Origin: Oopsacas minuta
Taxonomy: Eukaryota > Animalia > Porifera
Direction of reading: 5' to 3'
Assembly (NCBI GenBank): GCA_024704765.1
Contig: JAKMXF010000347.1
Location: 133,270 to 197,269 of the forward strand
Length of the DNA stretch: 64,000 nt
In this document: positions 11,105 through 23,500 of the stretch, in pieces
Numbering within the stretch: the stretch's first letter is position 1
Layout: each line of letters starts with the position of its first letter
The notes under the pieces: model-generated
The model's input: only the letters and a program-made list of their open reading frames with translations
Told to the model about the DNA's origin: nothing
Database searches by the model: none
Position numbers and translations under genes: made by a program

Positions 11105-14100
11105 TTAAGAAAGAAGGGGAGTATCATCCTTTGTATCCAGGATAAGTTCATCATCATCCTGATCACCACTCTCATAACGAGCAAACTCAGTACGTTGTGA
11201 CGTGTTAGAAGGATTAGATATCATTAAATTTTCAGCCTGTATCATAGGATCATCTAGCGTAACTTCTTCATCATCTGCATTGAAATGAGTCAGTGTAGCG
11301 TAACGTTGTTTCCTTAGCTTGTTAGAACGATACAGGAAGAAGCCTAAACAGAACATAAATATTGCAAACACAATATTGAGTAGTAGTGACATCATGAGTA
11401 TGACAACAAGAGAGAGTGGGGAATTAGATTGAGAAACAATATCAGTTGGTCGAACTGTAGGAGGATTAACAGCATCTCTTACTACGCTAACATCTACATA
11501 AGCTATAGAGCTGATTATAGATCCTTCATAAGAAAACCCATCTAGCTTAGCAGTAACAGAATCAACAGCACTATCAACAACTCTCTTTTGTTTGGAGCTA
11601 GATTTGAATAGAAAAGCAATAGAATTTTTAGAGAAACGTAGAGCAGAGATTACTTCACCTAGACCTGATAACTGTGTGTTGATACTCATTACAAGATATT
11701 CAAGGTCTTGAATAGTGAGAGTTGGAAAATATTCTGATTCTATATCAATAATGAACGGAATAAGATCTGAATTAGAAGGACTGATAATATCCAATGGGAG
11801 AGAAGACATACCATACCCTTGTGACGTATTAGCTCGTAGATAGAATGTGTATTGGAATCCAGGCCATAGATTATCTAGCTTAGCGTCTCCAGTTGGTAGA
11901 AACTGGTTAGCATACGAATTGAGAACAGCTACCTCTCCAATATACGATATAACCTGATAACCAAGTATTACTCCATTAGATTGGTCTGGAGGAGACCACG
12001 CTATTAGAACAGTATTATCAGGGGTGATACTGCTATCTATAATGTAAGGTGGACTAGGGACGCCCTCATCTGTTGTACCACGGTATGCAGCACTATGTGA
12101 ACAGTACGTATTATCACTGCCCTTAGCTATAACTACAATCTGATAGGTGTAAGCTCCATTCAAGTTAGATAGCTGAACTTCTTGCACGGCTAGTGACACA
12201 TTCCTGAGGACACGTGCAGCAGGACAACACATAAAACTATTGTCTGTATTACAACAAGAATCTACGTTTATATTAGAGCAATGACTGATGTCAATAATGT
12301 AGTAGAAATAAGCAGAGGTAGTAGTAGGAGGATTCCATTTTACTTGCAATGAAGAAGCGCTTAGACTAGTAATCAATACTGAGTGTGGTGCATTGGGAGA
12401 TGAGTATACTGTCTGTGCTGTTATAAGGGAGGAGTAGGGACCTGGTTTAAGAGTATCAGATCCTGCTCTTATCTGTAGAGAGTATAGAGAAGTAGTGAGG
12501 TTACAAAGAGTATCGGATTGTACATCTCCATCAATATGTTTACTTAATTTAGCTGTTACACTCTGATAGTATGATACCTCGTAATAGTCAGGGTTAACGG
12601 GAATGAAGTTAGGATAGAGGAGAGGTGTCCAGGTCAGCAGCAGGCACTCACTGTTGTAGGGACGTGCTGTGAATTGAGAGGGCGCGTCAATTGTCAGTTT
12701 ATTACCTGATAGTATACTGACAGGATCTGTGAGACTACCATACTTATCTGTGTCAGGCTCTATTTCAGCTGCTACTTGAAATGAATACAACACGCCATCA
12801 CTCGGTGGAGTTAGTGTATACATTAATTTGCTTAGTTTTTGTGTAGAAAGATGAGTGCTGTCAGATATAAAGAGCTCAAACCTGGAAGCAGTAGAACCAG
12901 ATGGAGCTGACCATGTAACAATAAGATTACCATTAGAATTAGCTACCTGTAAATCACGTGGTGGAGGATCGTGTGTTTTAGCTGTGTTAGACACAACACT
13001 ATCTGATATAGGTCCGTAATATGAGTCTGTGTATGCTCTAACTACAAATGTATACTCAGTAGAGGGTGACAAGTTAGGTACAATAAAGAAAGTAGTTTTT
13101 AGTAGTAAACCAGCTGACATGAAGCTACCTCCGTTCTCACTATACAGCACCTGGTAGCCTCTGATATTAACAGCTAACTGATCCCATTCTATTTGTACAT
13201 AATATACACCAGTGTATTGTACGGTTAAACCTGTCACTTTCAAATTAGGATATACCTCTATAGATGTACAGACCACTGGAGTGATACTAACCGCGTTTTG
13301 GACATGCCAACACACATGCTTGGGGCCTGTATCAGAGAAGGTGTAACTAGCTGCAGGAGACAGAGAAACAATAGAACCACCAGTTCCGAATAACCAAGTG
13401 TATGTTAGTGACCCGTAGTTATCTGAATTGCCCGGCTGGACAATAGAGTATTGCGTAGCTACATCAACAAACGTATAGGAAGGTGATACAATCGAGAATT
13501 CTGCAGAAGCAATAGAGTCTAATACAGTTATCCGAGTAGAGTTAGTGCTTGTGAACATAAAGCTACTGACAGTAATATCTACTATATATGAGCTAGCTGT
13601 AGTGAATGTGTAGTTTAAGGAGTTCTGGAATGAATGACTTATTGTATTGTCTATTCTCCATAAGAAAGTATGGTTAGTTTGATTTATCATTAATTCATCA
13701 TAGAAGTGTGCGGTTAATAACACCTTCTGTCGAGTAGCTACAGTATACCAGATGGAATCAGCTACCACTCCCTGTCCATTAACACTAACAGAGAAACCTG
13801 TATTCTGTCCGGGACACGGGATTTCTACAGGAACGAACGGATCGTTAACTACATCTGTACATTTATCTCCTGCAATCTTCCTATACCCTCTCGTATGGAA
13901 ATAAGAAGAACCGGGATAACAATCTAATGGCACGAGAGAACCTGTACCCTCTCCGGTAAGCAGACACGTCTCATCATATTCATCAAGTGCGAAACCGAAA
14001 TCACACTCATAGTCAATACGTGTACACGGACAGAGATGACTTGTAATACGTCTAGAGTAGTCAATGCCTTGATTACAGTGACTCGTCACCTTCTTACGTT

Positions 14101-16054
14101 CAAAATCATAATGAGTACCCAGCAAGCATCCTCTATCTGGAATATCATCAGAGGGAGACCACTGATAGAAATCACTCCTTGTACATAAGGGCCCTAATAG
14201 ATCCTTCAAATCCAGCTTAACTATTACCCATTCTATTGGAGTAGTCAAGTTAACAGATCCGTATAGACTGACTACAGTTGTGTATTCTCCTGGCTCAGAA
14301 GTGATGCCCCATATTAAGAGACTCTGTTGCTCACTGAATATGTATCTCTGCCAATTCATTCCTTCATCCAAGCTGTAGTAGATAAAGTTAACATGTCCAT
14401 GGTAGTATTTGTGAGCAGCTAGCATGAAACCACCATGATCACCAAACGTATAGTACGTGAATCCAGGAAGTGCGCTTATCCATGTAGCACCAGCCGTGTT
14501 AGACACCATCAGGTCCCCGTAGAGGTATAAATTCTTTCCGACAGAACCTGTGGCCATGATGAGTCCAGGTGTAGAGGATGCAGATAGAATAGGTTCAGTT
14601 TGGTATGTACGATATATGCTGGAGAATTGAGAAGCTAAATTGAGATAGCAGTCTGGAGGTTGACATGTTATGTTAGTGTTATCATACTTCAATTCAGGGG
14701 GTGTTAGTCTGTTCCATTCTCCTCCTTTATCGTAGCTAATGAGGGTTGTTAGGTAGCGACCTCCTACAGGTCCTACTGTCAACTGCGTAGCTATGTATAT
14801 ACCGCGTAGACCAGCAGCCTTGTGGAAGTCTAACAGCTTTGTGTTTCTAACTCTATACACCCAAGCGCTGGACACATCTGTAAGGTTAGGATCATGATAT
14901 AATACTCTCTCTAGAGATAAGCTGAAACTAATACCTCGTGACTCTGATATGTAGAGATTAGTGAGGTTATACTCGTGGTTAACTGCAACAATCAGCTGAC
15001 CTTCACTCCCATCAGCTATGTAGTAGCTCCTCTCTAACAGGTTAGCCTGTCCCTCATACGGAGCAGAAGAGAACTCGGCTTCTAAGAACACACCCCCGTC
15101 AAATGATACCAGTAGAACCTTGGAATCAGGCGCATCATGTAATATCCTAACTGCATACATATACTCAGATGCTATATCGAACTCATAAACTAAGTATGGC
15201 AAGATAGGAGAGCTATATGATAGCTGTAGATCAGTACGTGATATGTTATACTGTCCAGCTTGTGATACAGCTACGTAGATGGTATCATTCAGCCCAAATT
15301 CTGCTCCCCAATACACTCCTCCTATCCTGCTGTCAGGAAATAGAGTAGAGAAACTCTTCCAATTCTCTCCAAAGTCAAGGGAGAGATAAGCTTGCTCATC
15401 AGTCTCATCATAAGCAACAAGGATATTTCCAATAGATGGGTGAGTGATGATATCAGAGGGAGTAAAGGTTAGAGGATGGTAATGAAATGTATTAGCTTCA
15501 TCTTGTGACGTAAATATAGCTCTATCCTCTTGTGACACGAATAAGTAATCTCTATAATCATCAGGGCTGTCTATAAAATAATCTAGTCTTACATTTTTAT
15601 GACTCTCACTGAGAAACAATTGTGCTTCATCAGTGAATGTAGTTCCATAATCATGAGAGACATACACAGCACTTGTACTATTGGTAGTTATAACGGAATC
15701 TCTGAATAACATCACCATGGTATCACTGTTAGATTTACCAGACCAGGAGATATACGCTAGATTGTGATTCTCTGAGAGCGTGACGTTTGTATTCTTTATC
15801 AAATTATTCTCTGTGACGTCATCGTCATTGATTGTACGACGTGTTCTTTCGTGACTATGTTCGGCTGGTACCTGGGGAACATGAGGTAAATCTTCTGGAT
15901 AAGAATTTATTTGTTGTTGTCTGTAAGATGGATGTTGTAGGTATTTATAGAGAGAAGAATCTACGATCAATATCTGATTCTGTTTATCAAATTGAATCCC
16001 AGTAGTGAGTGCAAATAGGAGAGACAAGTAGAAGACGTAGAGATTCGTCTTCAT
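11105..16054 (-). CDS. VPS10P-domain type-I sorting receptor (SP, propeptide with RTRR furin site, Vps10p propeller, 10CC, 2 PKD, 5 FN3, membrane-proximal domain, TM, acidic tail), single exon, 1649 aa
   Basis: Asp-box/BNR repeats (VSHDYGTTF, SLDFGENW, SYDKGGEW, SLDEGMNW); 10CC cysteines (GCLLG..CPCTRIDYECDFGF..GYRKIAGDKC); PKD cores (FLWRID, YTWLFG); FN3 W/Y motifs; TM LSLVVILMMSLLLNIVFAIFMFCLGFFLY; tail motifs YATL, DDDELI and terminal DDTPLLS. Confidence 0.92.
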   Translation of the reverse strand: MKTNLYVFYLSLLFALTTGIQFDKQNQILIVDSSLYKYLQHPSYRQQQINSYPEDLPHVPQVPAEHSHERTRRTINDDDVTENNLIKNTNVTLSENHNLAYISWSGKSNSDTMVMLFRDSVITTNSTSAVYVSHDYGTTFTDEAQLFLSESHKNVRLDYFIDSPDDYRDYLFVSQEDRAIFTSQDEANTFHYHPLTFTPSDIITHPSIGNILVAYDETDEQAYLSLDFGENWKSFSTLFPDSRIGGVYWGAEFGLNDTIYVAVSQAGQYNISRTDLQLSYSSPILPYLVYEFDIASEYMYAVRILHDAPDSKVLLVSFDGGVFLEAEFSSAPYEGQANLLERSYYIADGSEGQLIVAVNHEYNLTNLYISESRGISFSLSLERVLYHDPNLTDVSSAWVYRVRNTKLLDFHKAAGLRGIYIATQLTVGPVGGRYLTTLISYDKGGEWNRLTPPELKYDNTNITCQPPDCYLNLASQFSSIYRTYQTEPILSASSTPGLIMATGSVGKNLYLYGDLMVSNTAGATWISALPGFTYYTFGDHGGFMLAAHKYYHGHVNFIYYSLDEGMNWQRYIFSEQQSLLIWGITSEPGEYTTVVSLYGSVNLTTPIEWVIVKLDLKDLLGPLCTRSDFYQWSPSDDIPDRGCLLGTHYDFERKKVTSHCNQGIDYSRRITSHLCPCTRIDYECDFGFALDEYDETCLLTGEGTGSLVPLDCYPGSSYFHTRGYRKIAGDKCTDVVNDPFVPVEIPCPGQNTGFSVSVNGQGVVADSIWYTVATRQKVLLTAHFYDELMINQTNHTFLWRIDNTISHSFQNSLNYTFTTASSYIVDITVSSFMFTSTNSTRITVLDSIASAEFSIVSPSYTFVDVATQYSIVQPGNSDNYGSLTYTWLFGTGGSIVSLSPAASYTFSDTGPKHVCWHVQNAVSITPVVCTSIEVYPNLKVTGLTVQYTGVYYVQIEWDQLAVNIRGYQVLYSENGGSFMSAGLLLKTTFFIVPNLSPSTEYTFVVRAYTDSYYGPISDSVVSNTAKTHDPPPRDLQVANSNGNLIVTWSAPSGSTASRFELFISDSTHLSTQKLSKLMYTLTPPSDGVLYSFQVAAEIEPDTDKYGSLTDPVSILSGNKLTIDAPSQFTARPYNSECLLLTWTPLLYPNFIPVNPDYYEVSYYQSVTAKLSKHIDGDVQSDTLCNLTTSLYSLQIRAGSDTLKPGPYSSLITAQTVYSSPNAPHSVLITSLSASSLQVKWNPPTTTSAYFYYIIDISHCSNINVDSCCNTDNSFMCCPAARVLRNVSLAVQEVQLSNLNGAYTYQIVVIAKGSDNTYCSHSAAYRGTTDEGVPSPPYIIDSSITPDNTVLIAWSPPDQSNGVILGYQVISYIGEVAVLNSYANQFLPTGDAKLDNLWPGFQYTFYLRANTSQGYGMSSLPLDIISPSNSDLIPFIIDIESEYFPTLTIQDLEYLVMSINTQLSGLGEVISALRFSKNSIAFLFKSSSKQKRVVDSAVDSVTAKLDGFSYEGSIISSIAYVDVSVVRDAVNPPTVRPTDIVSQSNSPLSLVVILMMSLLLNIVFAIFMFCLGFFLYRSNKLRKQRYATLTHFNADDEEVTLDDPMIQAENLMISNPSNTSQRTEFARYESGDQDDDELILDTKDDTPLLS

Positions 16055-17576
16055 AGCTACACATATAGAATAAATAAGTTCCTAACCAGCAATCTGGTCA
16101 CTACAGAATAAAGGTAGTGTTTGTATTCTTGAAAAACATAATTTCATTATTTTGCTATGAAACAATAGGAACCTAATTAATGACATCATTCACGTCAAAC
16201 ATGCTGTAGGCGTAACCAAGGGGTTGCTGACAAGTGACAAATGCTAGCGATTTAGGGATCCAAGAGTCCCATAAACGGTAGCGATTTAGGGACGTGGATC
16301 CCCAAATCGCTCTTACACCGGTACAAGTGCTACTCCCAAAAGTATTAGCAAGTGAAATTCGTGCAAATATGACTCACGAAAAGGAACAGGCGAACTAACT
16401 TCACTATATACAATAATAATTGAAACTGAATACTGAAAGATTTTTATGAAAAACTGTCTGTCTGATTTCGAATACTACACTAACTTATAAATGCAAAATG
16501 TGTTAGTTTATATACCAAGAAGTTTGCATTAAGTAATGCTTATTGACCATCAATTAGTGTTTAATGGTAACTCTTCAAGGAATCTAGACCGATAACTAAT
16601 TAGAATGGTAAATGATTTTTAGCACAAAATTACTTTGACAGGATTATCTGTAAGAATTTCAAGGAAGTCTGGCCTGCAATCTATACATACTAGGCCTAGG
16701 AATAAATACAAAGCTATAGTTACTAACATAGCCTCAAATATTAGTGGATTGAAAATAACAATTATAAGAGATTGTAAGTATTTTTTATTTATGAGCTGGA
16801 GGGACCAATAAATTGAGCATACAGACTATTACTTAATCTGATCTCTTTTTGAGGTAATTACTTGAGTGAATATAATCTTTTAGAATAGTCCAGCAGTAGT
16901 AGCTTTATTAAAATGTAATAATTTATATAAATATATTCAATCTATCTGCTCAAAAGTGAGCAAGATTCTTCTACGATTGCCAGGCAACATTCATACACAT
17001 GTGGTGCATGGTGGTCTTAGCACAACTCCACAGTGTGGCAATATGGGGAAATAGGCATATTTTCAAAAACATATTTCAATTCATTTTTCGAATTTTCTCC
17101 ATAGTTCAATTAGTACGAAAATATCATTGCCAGCATTAGAAGCAGTTAGGAATCCTAACTACGCACAACTTGTTATGTGTTTCTAATAATAGATTTGTAC
17201 TTTTTTTTGGGTGTCTAGTTTGGCCCTCCCAAAGTTATATTTTTGAATTTTTTTTCATTGATTGCAGTGTAGCATCTCATATTTGACAAAATTTGACAAA
17301 ATGTTATTAATATAACGTAATGTCAATATTTAGCCAACTGAGTTAACTTGTCCTTGTTTTTGCAATATCTTTTACTGTGAATATCATTAGGTATAACAGA
17401 AACTATAAGACAGTTACATTATTCTTCAGTAAATCCAATTTACTATTTGATACATTTAATAATTGTAAACCTTTATAGTTTCTGCTCACTAAAATTGATG
17501 AGTAAATACCAAATTCATTATGTTGCTATAATTAAGTTAATATTAATTTTTTCTGTCTAGGTTCTACGTTGTGGTA

Positions 17577-20500
17577 ATGAGTATTAACGATATTAACGAG
17601 TGGTGTAGAAATGGAAATATTCAGCAGCTTAAACGCATGCATGAGAGAGGGGCATTAATCAGAAACCTAAACAACAGCACTGGCGTATACGGTTATAAGC
17701 CTCTACACGTGGCAGCTGCTAAGAATCAAAGAGATGTAATAGAATACCTATTGAGTATTGATGATCCAAGGAACCATATTGAAGGTAGAGCAAGCAGTAA
17801 CTACACGCCTCTACACCTGGCAGTATCTTTTGTGAATATTAATTGTGTAGAAGTATTATTAAGCCACAATTCAGACACAGAAGCTAAAGATATTTATGGG
17901 AAAACTCCGCTAAACATTGCAATAGAGAATGATAGCAAAAAGATTATTATCATATTGAAGAAAGAGAGTAAGTCACATATTTATATCCTAGCAAGCCCTC
18001 GGCTGGTAGTTTTGTACCTCGAGGATATCATTTAACCGATATTTTCTGATTTATCTATTTATATGACATTTCGGAATTGCGAAATTCGAATTCAAAAAGC
18101 ACAACCTTTCTTAACAAAACAAAGAGAACTAACAAGCAAGCAAACAAACAAACAAACAAACAAATATACACAGAAGAAATAAGAGTTAATGAATTATGTT
18201 AATACTCGCGGATTTCGTCTGCTCGCGAAAATTGGAATCAGCATACTCGATTACCCGAGTATAATTGTTTACTTTTCCTATATCGTCAGCAGAAAGATAT
18301 GTACACAGATCGTCTTCCTCTATTATTATAATACAAATTATATAAACAAAAAAACAAAAAACAAACAAACACACCTACACACAATAATTGAGTTTTAATA
18401 ATATTAATATAATCTCTTAATAAACTAAGCCTTATTTTTTGAATATTCTTCTCCTTTTAGGGTTAAATCGTACAATTTTAATCTACATTGATATTCCACC
18501 AGAAGATACAGCTGGGAAAGATGGGATACACAAACAAATCCGTGAATTAATGGACGATATTCGCACTAACCACAAGAAGGATATGGAAGCAGCATTCAAG
18601 AAGGCAATCGAAATTACTCTTTCGAAACTAAAGAAAATGGAGAACCCACGTATTACAAACGGAATTGACATTTTGGGGATGATCATAATTACAAACCGCA
18701 TGGTCGTCTATCTGGACAACATAGAATTCTGTTCAGATGCTAAGAATCTTTACATATTTGGTTGGTATCTAACACTCATAAGAGCAATTAACTATGACGC
18801 GAAAGAGGTAATTCACTGCCTTTTAAATATGAAAACTATTACCCTTCAAAATTCACATATCCATCCAGAATTCTTTCCTCATATAAGAAAGAGCAAAATT
18901 AACGACATGATTGAATATATCAAGCCAAATTGGGAGAGTATCAAAATTTCGCTCAAATTTCCGATTCGAATCGCGAATGCTTATAACTCTCACAACGTAT
19001 CACAATATTTGGAATGGATACTACCACAACACGGCATTTCAACATGGTGTGTAAAGCACCAATGTAATCCAGCTCAATTCATTCCAGAAGAACGTGATCA
19101 TTCATGTGATATCATTACTTTTGTCAACTGGTCTCATTTGAAAGTAGCTAAGTTGCCTCCTAAAGTCTTTGAAGGTCCTTTACCAAATGTTGAAAAACTA
19201 AGTCTTTCAAATAATGTTCTTAGGTGTGTCCCTCGTCAGTTAATTCACTTTAAGTCCATGCAATACTTAAATTTATCATATAATAATATAACTACCATGA
19301 TTCCTTGTCAGCTTCTAGCGCTAGATTCCTTGAAAAAATTAGATTTCTCGCATAACCAGATAACAAATATCTCACCGAACCAAAATGAAGGCAGTTTACT
19401 TTGCCAAAGTTTGGAAAAACTCATTCTATCGCACAATAATTTTAGGGAAATACGAAACGACTTTTCAATGCCAAATTTATCCCTCATTGATCTGTCAAAC
19501 AACCAACTAAAGAATTTTCCGGTATTCCTTTCGAATTCTATCACATTATGTGAGTTAAAACTTACAAAAAATCCTAATCTTAAGAGTTTGCCAGGATTCC
19601 TGGGAGATTTTGAACACCTTAATGACATCGAAATCGATCTCAAAAATTTCTCTCCTGCACTCTCAGTTAATACAAACAGGGATAATATTGCGAGAGATAT
19701 AAAGAAATGCTTGACAGGTGGTCGTCACATAAACGCATTAAAAGTGTTCTGTATAGGTGATAATGAGAGCATCAAGGTAGATTTCTTGAGAAGGTTGATG
19801 AATGAGAGAGATTTCCCTAGGTGTGACCTGGATATACCACTGCACACTTTCAATTGGGAAAACGCAAGTATTAATGGAGGAAACATTACAATTTGGAATG
19901 TACGAAATAAAAATATCGAAGTCACGTCTAAAGTGCTAAAGAATATTAGCGAACTAAGATCTGTAATATATCTGGTAGTTGATGCCGAAAAAGGTCCAGG
20001 AGAACATGTGAAAAAGTGGGTTACAGAGATAATTAAAATCAACGATTCATACTGGAAGTACGATTGGATAAGCTGTGTTAATGTTGTCACACTCGGATCT
20101 GCAGAAAAAAGCATTACTAAAAGCATGAAAATCTGCGAATATGATTTCACGTTATACACAGAAAGCCAAATTCGACAGGTTAGAGAAGAAATTTGCTACA
20201 ATAAATATAAATCCATCGTCTCTTTCAGGGAAAACAGGATTAATATCACTATTGAAGAAGAAATGATATGCTCTGATTACAATCAAATTTATCAAAGTTT
20301 TCTTGGACTAATATCAAAGAATAAGCTCAGTGAATTACGTGACCCCATTGTAGATAAAGAAAAATTTATAGGATATTTTAAAGAAACACCAGAATACGAA
20401 ACTGTTCAGTTGTTAGAAACCACAGGTCGTATTGTGGAGCTGCTAAAATTGTTAGAACGATTCGGTCTCATTGTGTATCTTGATGAGATACGGGACACAC

Positions 20501-23500
20501 CGATTGTACTCAAGCCCTGCGCCCTTTACAACAGCCTTATCAAAATAGTAACAGAAGATTTGTCCTATCAAAAACTTGGACTATTCTCAATGCAAAAATT
20601 CATTACTTACATAAAAACTGAGCCACCATCAATAATTATATTCCAAAACACTTATAGCTATATGCTACTTCTAAGGAAGTTGAATCTAATAATGGTATTG
20701 TCGAAGCAATATTTTATTGTACCTTCTAAACTCCCGAGTATTCAAAAGGAAATTAATATTGACCATGAATTTAGACCATCTTGGAAAACAACTCCAGTTG
20801 AAGAAGATGGTATAGATTATAATCATCGAATATTTCTTTTAAAACATATGTCTCGTGAATATTGCAATGAATTAATTGCTGATATTCTCTATGAAACTCC
20901 AATTCTCAGTGCTATAGTAACTAACAAACCTATGCAACCAAATGACCTTATATTTAATAACAAGCCTTCGGAGAAGATTAATCCAACAATTTTCTCTGGT
21001 ATCGAGCCAGCAAGAAGCCGGGCACATTCTTCAGATGATTTTGAATTGGTATCTAATGACAATAGCAGAACTGTTCAAGTTTGGAAAAACAATCTCTTAT
21101 ATGTTGATTCCAAAAATGCAATTAAACTACTAGTCAGAGAATATTCTGGTGGAAACGGAAAGGGCATTGAAATCGTTACAGCTAGAGATCCTTTAAAATT
21201 AGGAGATTCATTTCTTTTTAGGGTAAAAACGAGTATTTATCAGACATTTCTTGGTTTAGATGTTGTCGACCTTCTGGCTGTTCCTTACAAGCAGTTGAGA
21301 GATGAGAAAAATCCATATTTAATCGATTCATTTTACAAATATGCAAATTTGAGAAGTAATGTTAGATGTTGCGTAAGTTCTGGCTCCATTAGTAAAGAGG
21401 CTCTAATGACCTTTGCACCGGAACTCTCCATTGATCACAGTTACAATGGAATGAAGTTTCAGAATATACCTTATCAACCGAACGATCTGAGTACCAAACT
21501 TGGAGGTAAAAATAGTTGTGTGTACAGAGGTAGGTTTCAGAACGAATTAGTGGCGGTGAAAGAGTTCAGGTATGATCTTGGCAATTCAAAATTGCGTGTT
21601 CGTCATGAAATGCTAAAAGAAGCTAAATTGTTATCAGAGTATAGACATTCTTGTCTGATTAACATTATTGGAGTTTCCTCTGCCTCTTTATCTAGATGTT
21701 TTATAGTGTTAAAACTGGCACCATTTGGAGAGTTAGGGTCTTTTCTCAAGAAAAACAATCCTCTTAAGCCTCGTATCCTCTACTTCCGGTTTACTCAACA
21801 AATTGCAGCAGGACTTGATTTCCTACACACACATATAAAAGACGTTCCATTAATTCATCACGATTTGAAGCCGGAGAATATACTGGTGATTTCTGATCAA
21901 GTTGATGCTTACGTCAATGTTAAAATAGCAGATTTAAACATGTCAAAAAACAGAGCTGGTGTAGATGGGACTACAGGGTACCGAGCCCCTGAAATAGTGT
22001 CACATCATGCAATGGTTACTCATGACTATAAACTTGATGTGTATTCATTCGCATTAGTGTTGGTTAATCTAATATCCCATAGAATTCCATTTATTCATAT
22101 GAATGTAGCAGATACCAGCCTAACAGTAAGAAAGCTACGCCCAGTGTTAAATTGGCAATACTACTTCGAGAATGGCATGGTCTCTCTTCTCCCAATCATA
22201 CAAGCCTGTTGGAACCATCAGCCACAGGATCGACCGGATATGAAACCGGTATTAAACGCAGTATCCTCGCCTTCTCTACAATTCCTGTTTTCAAACAGAT
22301 CTCTCCCGACTAATTCTAGCTACAACCCGATGGCATCATGTGCTATACGAATTACAGAAAAAAAAGAACATCTATGCTATGCTTTCTCGACAACATACGA
22401 AGGATCAGCATTCTATACCAAGATATGTCTTTATGACGTAGCCAATAATCAAATTACAGAGAGATCATTTGAAGAATTTTACAGAAATAAAGTACTCATG
22501 CAAATGCACTCTCATAAGTACAATGTTGTTCTAACTCTACAAGGAACGAACCAAAAGGATGAACTAGTATGTTATATGGTACAATATAGTAATTTTATCG
22601 GGTCTGAGATGAATTTAGTTAATAGGGTGGAACTTCCAAGATATATATTCCTAGTCCAAGCCATGTGTATAGACGATAACAGGATCTATTTAGCATTGAG
22701 CACCAGCATTTATATTTTCAAAATAGATACTCTTGAGGAGGAGGCAGAAATTATTGTTGAGAATGACATACAGTGTATGCTATCATTAGGTAACGAATTG
22801 TGGGTATCAACACAGCCTTACCTCATTGAAAAAATTCCGTCTCTCAAGATTAGAATTTTTGATAAAGGAGAATTAAAGCAAAGTTTTGCAATTAAAGAAG
22901 ACATGGACAATCTGACGTGTATAGGCCAGATGGTACCGACAAACCAAGAAAAACGAGATGTACATCAAGCACAACAACAGGTCTGGTGTCTGGACTCATC
23001 CAAGCCAATAGTATTTATCTTCGATTCAGGAGAGAATAAATTTTCTGTTGGAGCTATTGATTTGAACAAATACCTGCCAGATGAAGCTAAATATTCTCAC
23101 GAGCTAGGAGAGAAGTACAACTATAAGAACACAAAGATTTGTCCATCAACCAATACAATGTGGATCTCTACACAGCATGGCTATATATTCATTTTCTCCA
23201 CAGGTACACAGACACAGGAATTAATCGTGACATTAAATGTGTTTCTTGGTCCGATCGTGTTCCTAACTCCGATCGAGATTGCCAGAGGCAGCATGGTGGC
23301 TTGTTGTGGAGAGGTAATTAGATAAGAGTTTTTATTATTAATAATGCGTACGTAAATATTATACGACATTGTAGCAACATATTACAAAGAGGTTGCTACA
23401 TTTTCGTAGAAACATATGGTGCTATAAAATTGATATGTACATATAACAAATTGAATAATATTTTTTGCAAACCAAAATTTGAAATATATAATTCTGTGTA

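Noticed and set aside
18270-18320. Possible micro-exon in ROCO intron 1 (polypyrimidine + CAGCAG)
   Set aside because: No convincing donor; exons 1 and 2 join in phase without it. An alternative acceptor at 18502 is also phase-compatible but weaker.
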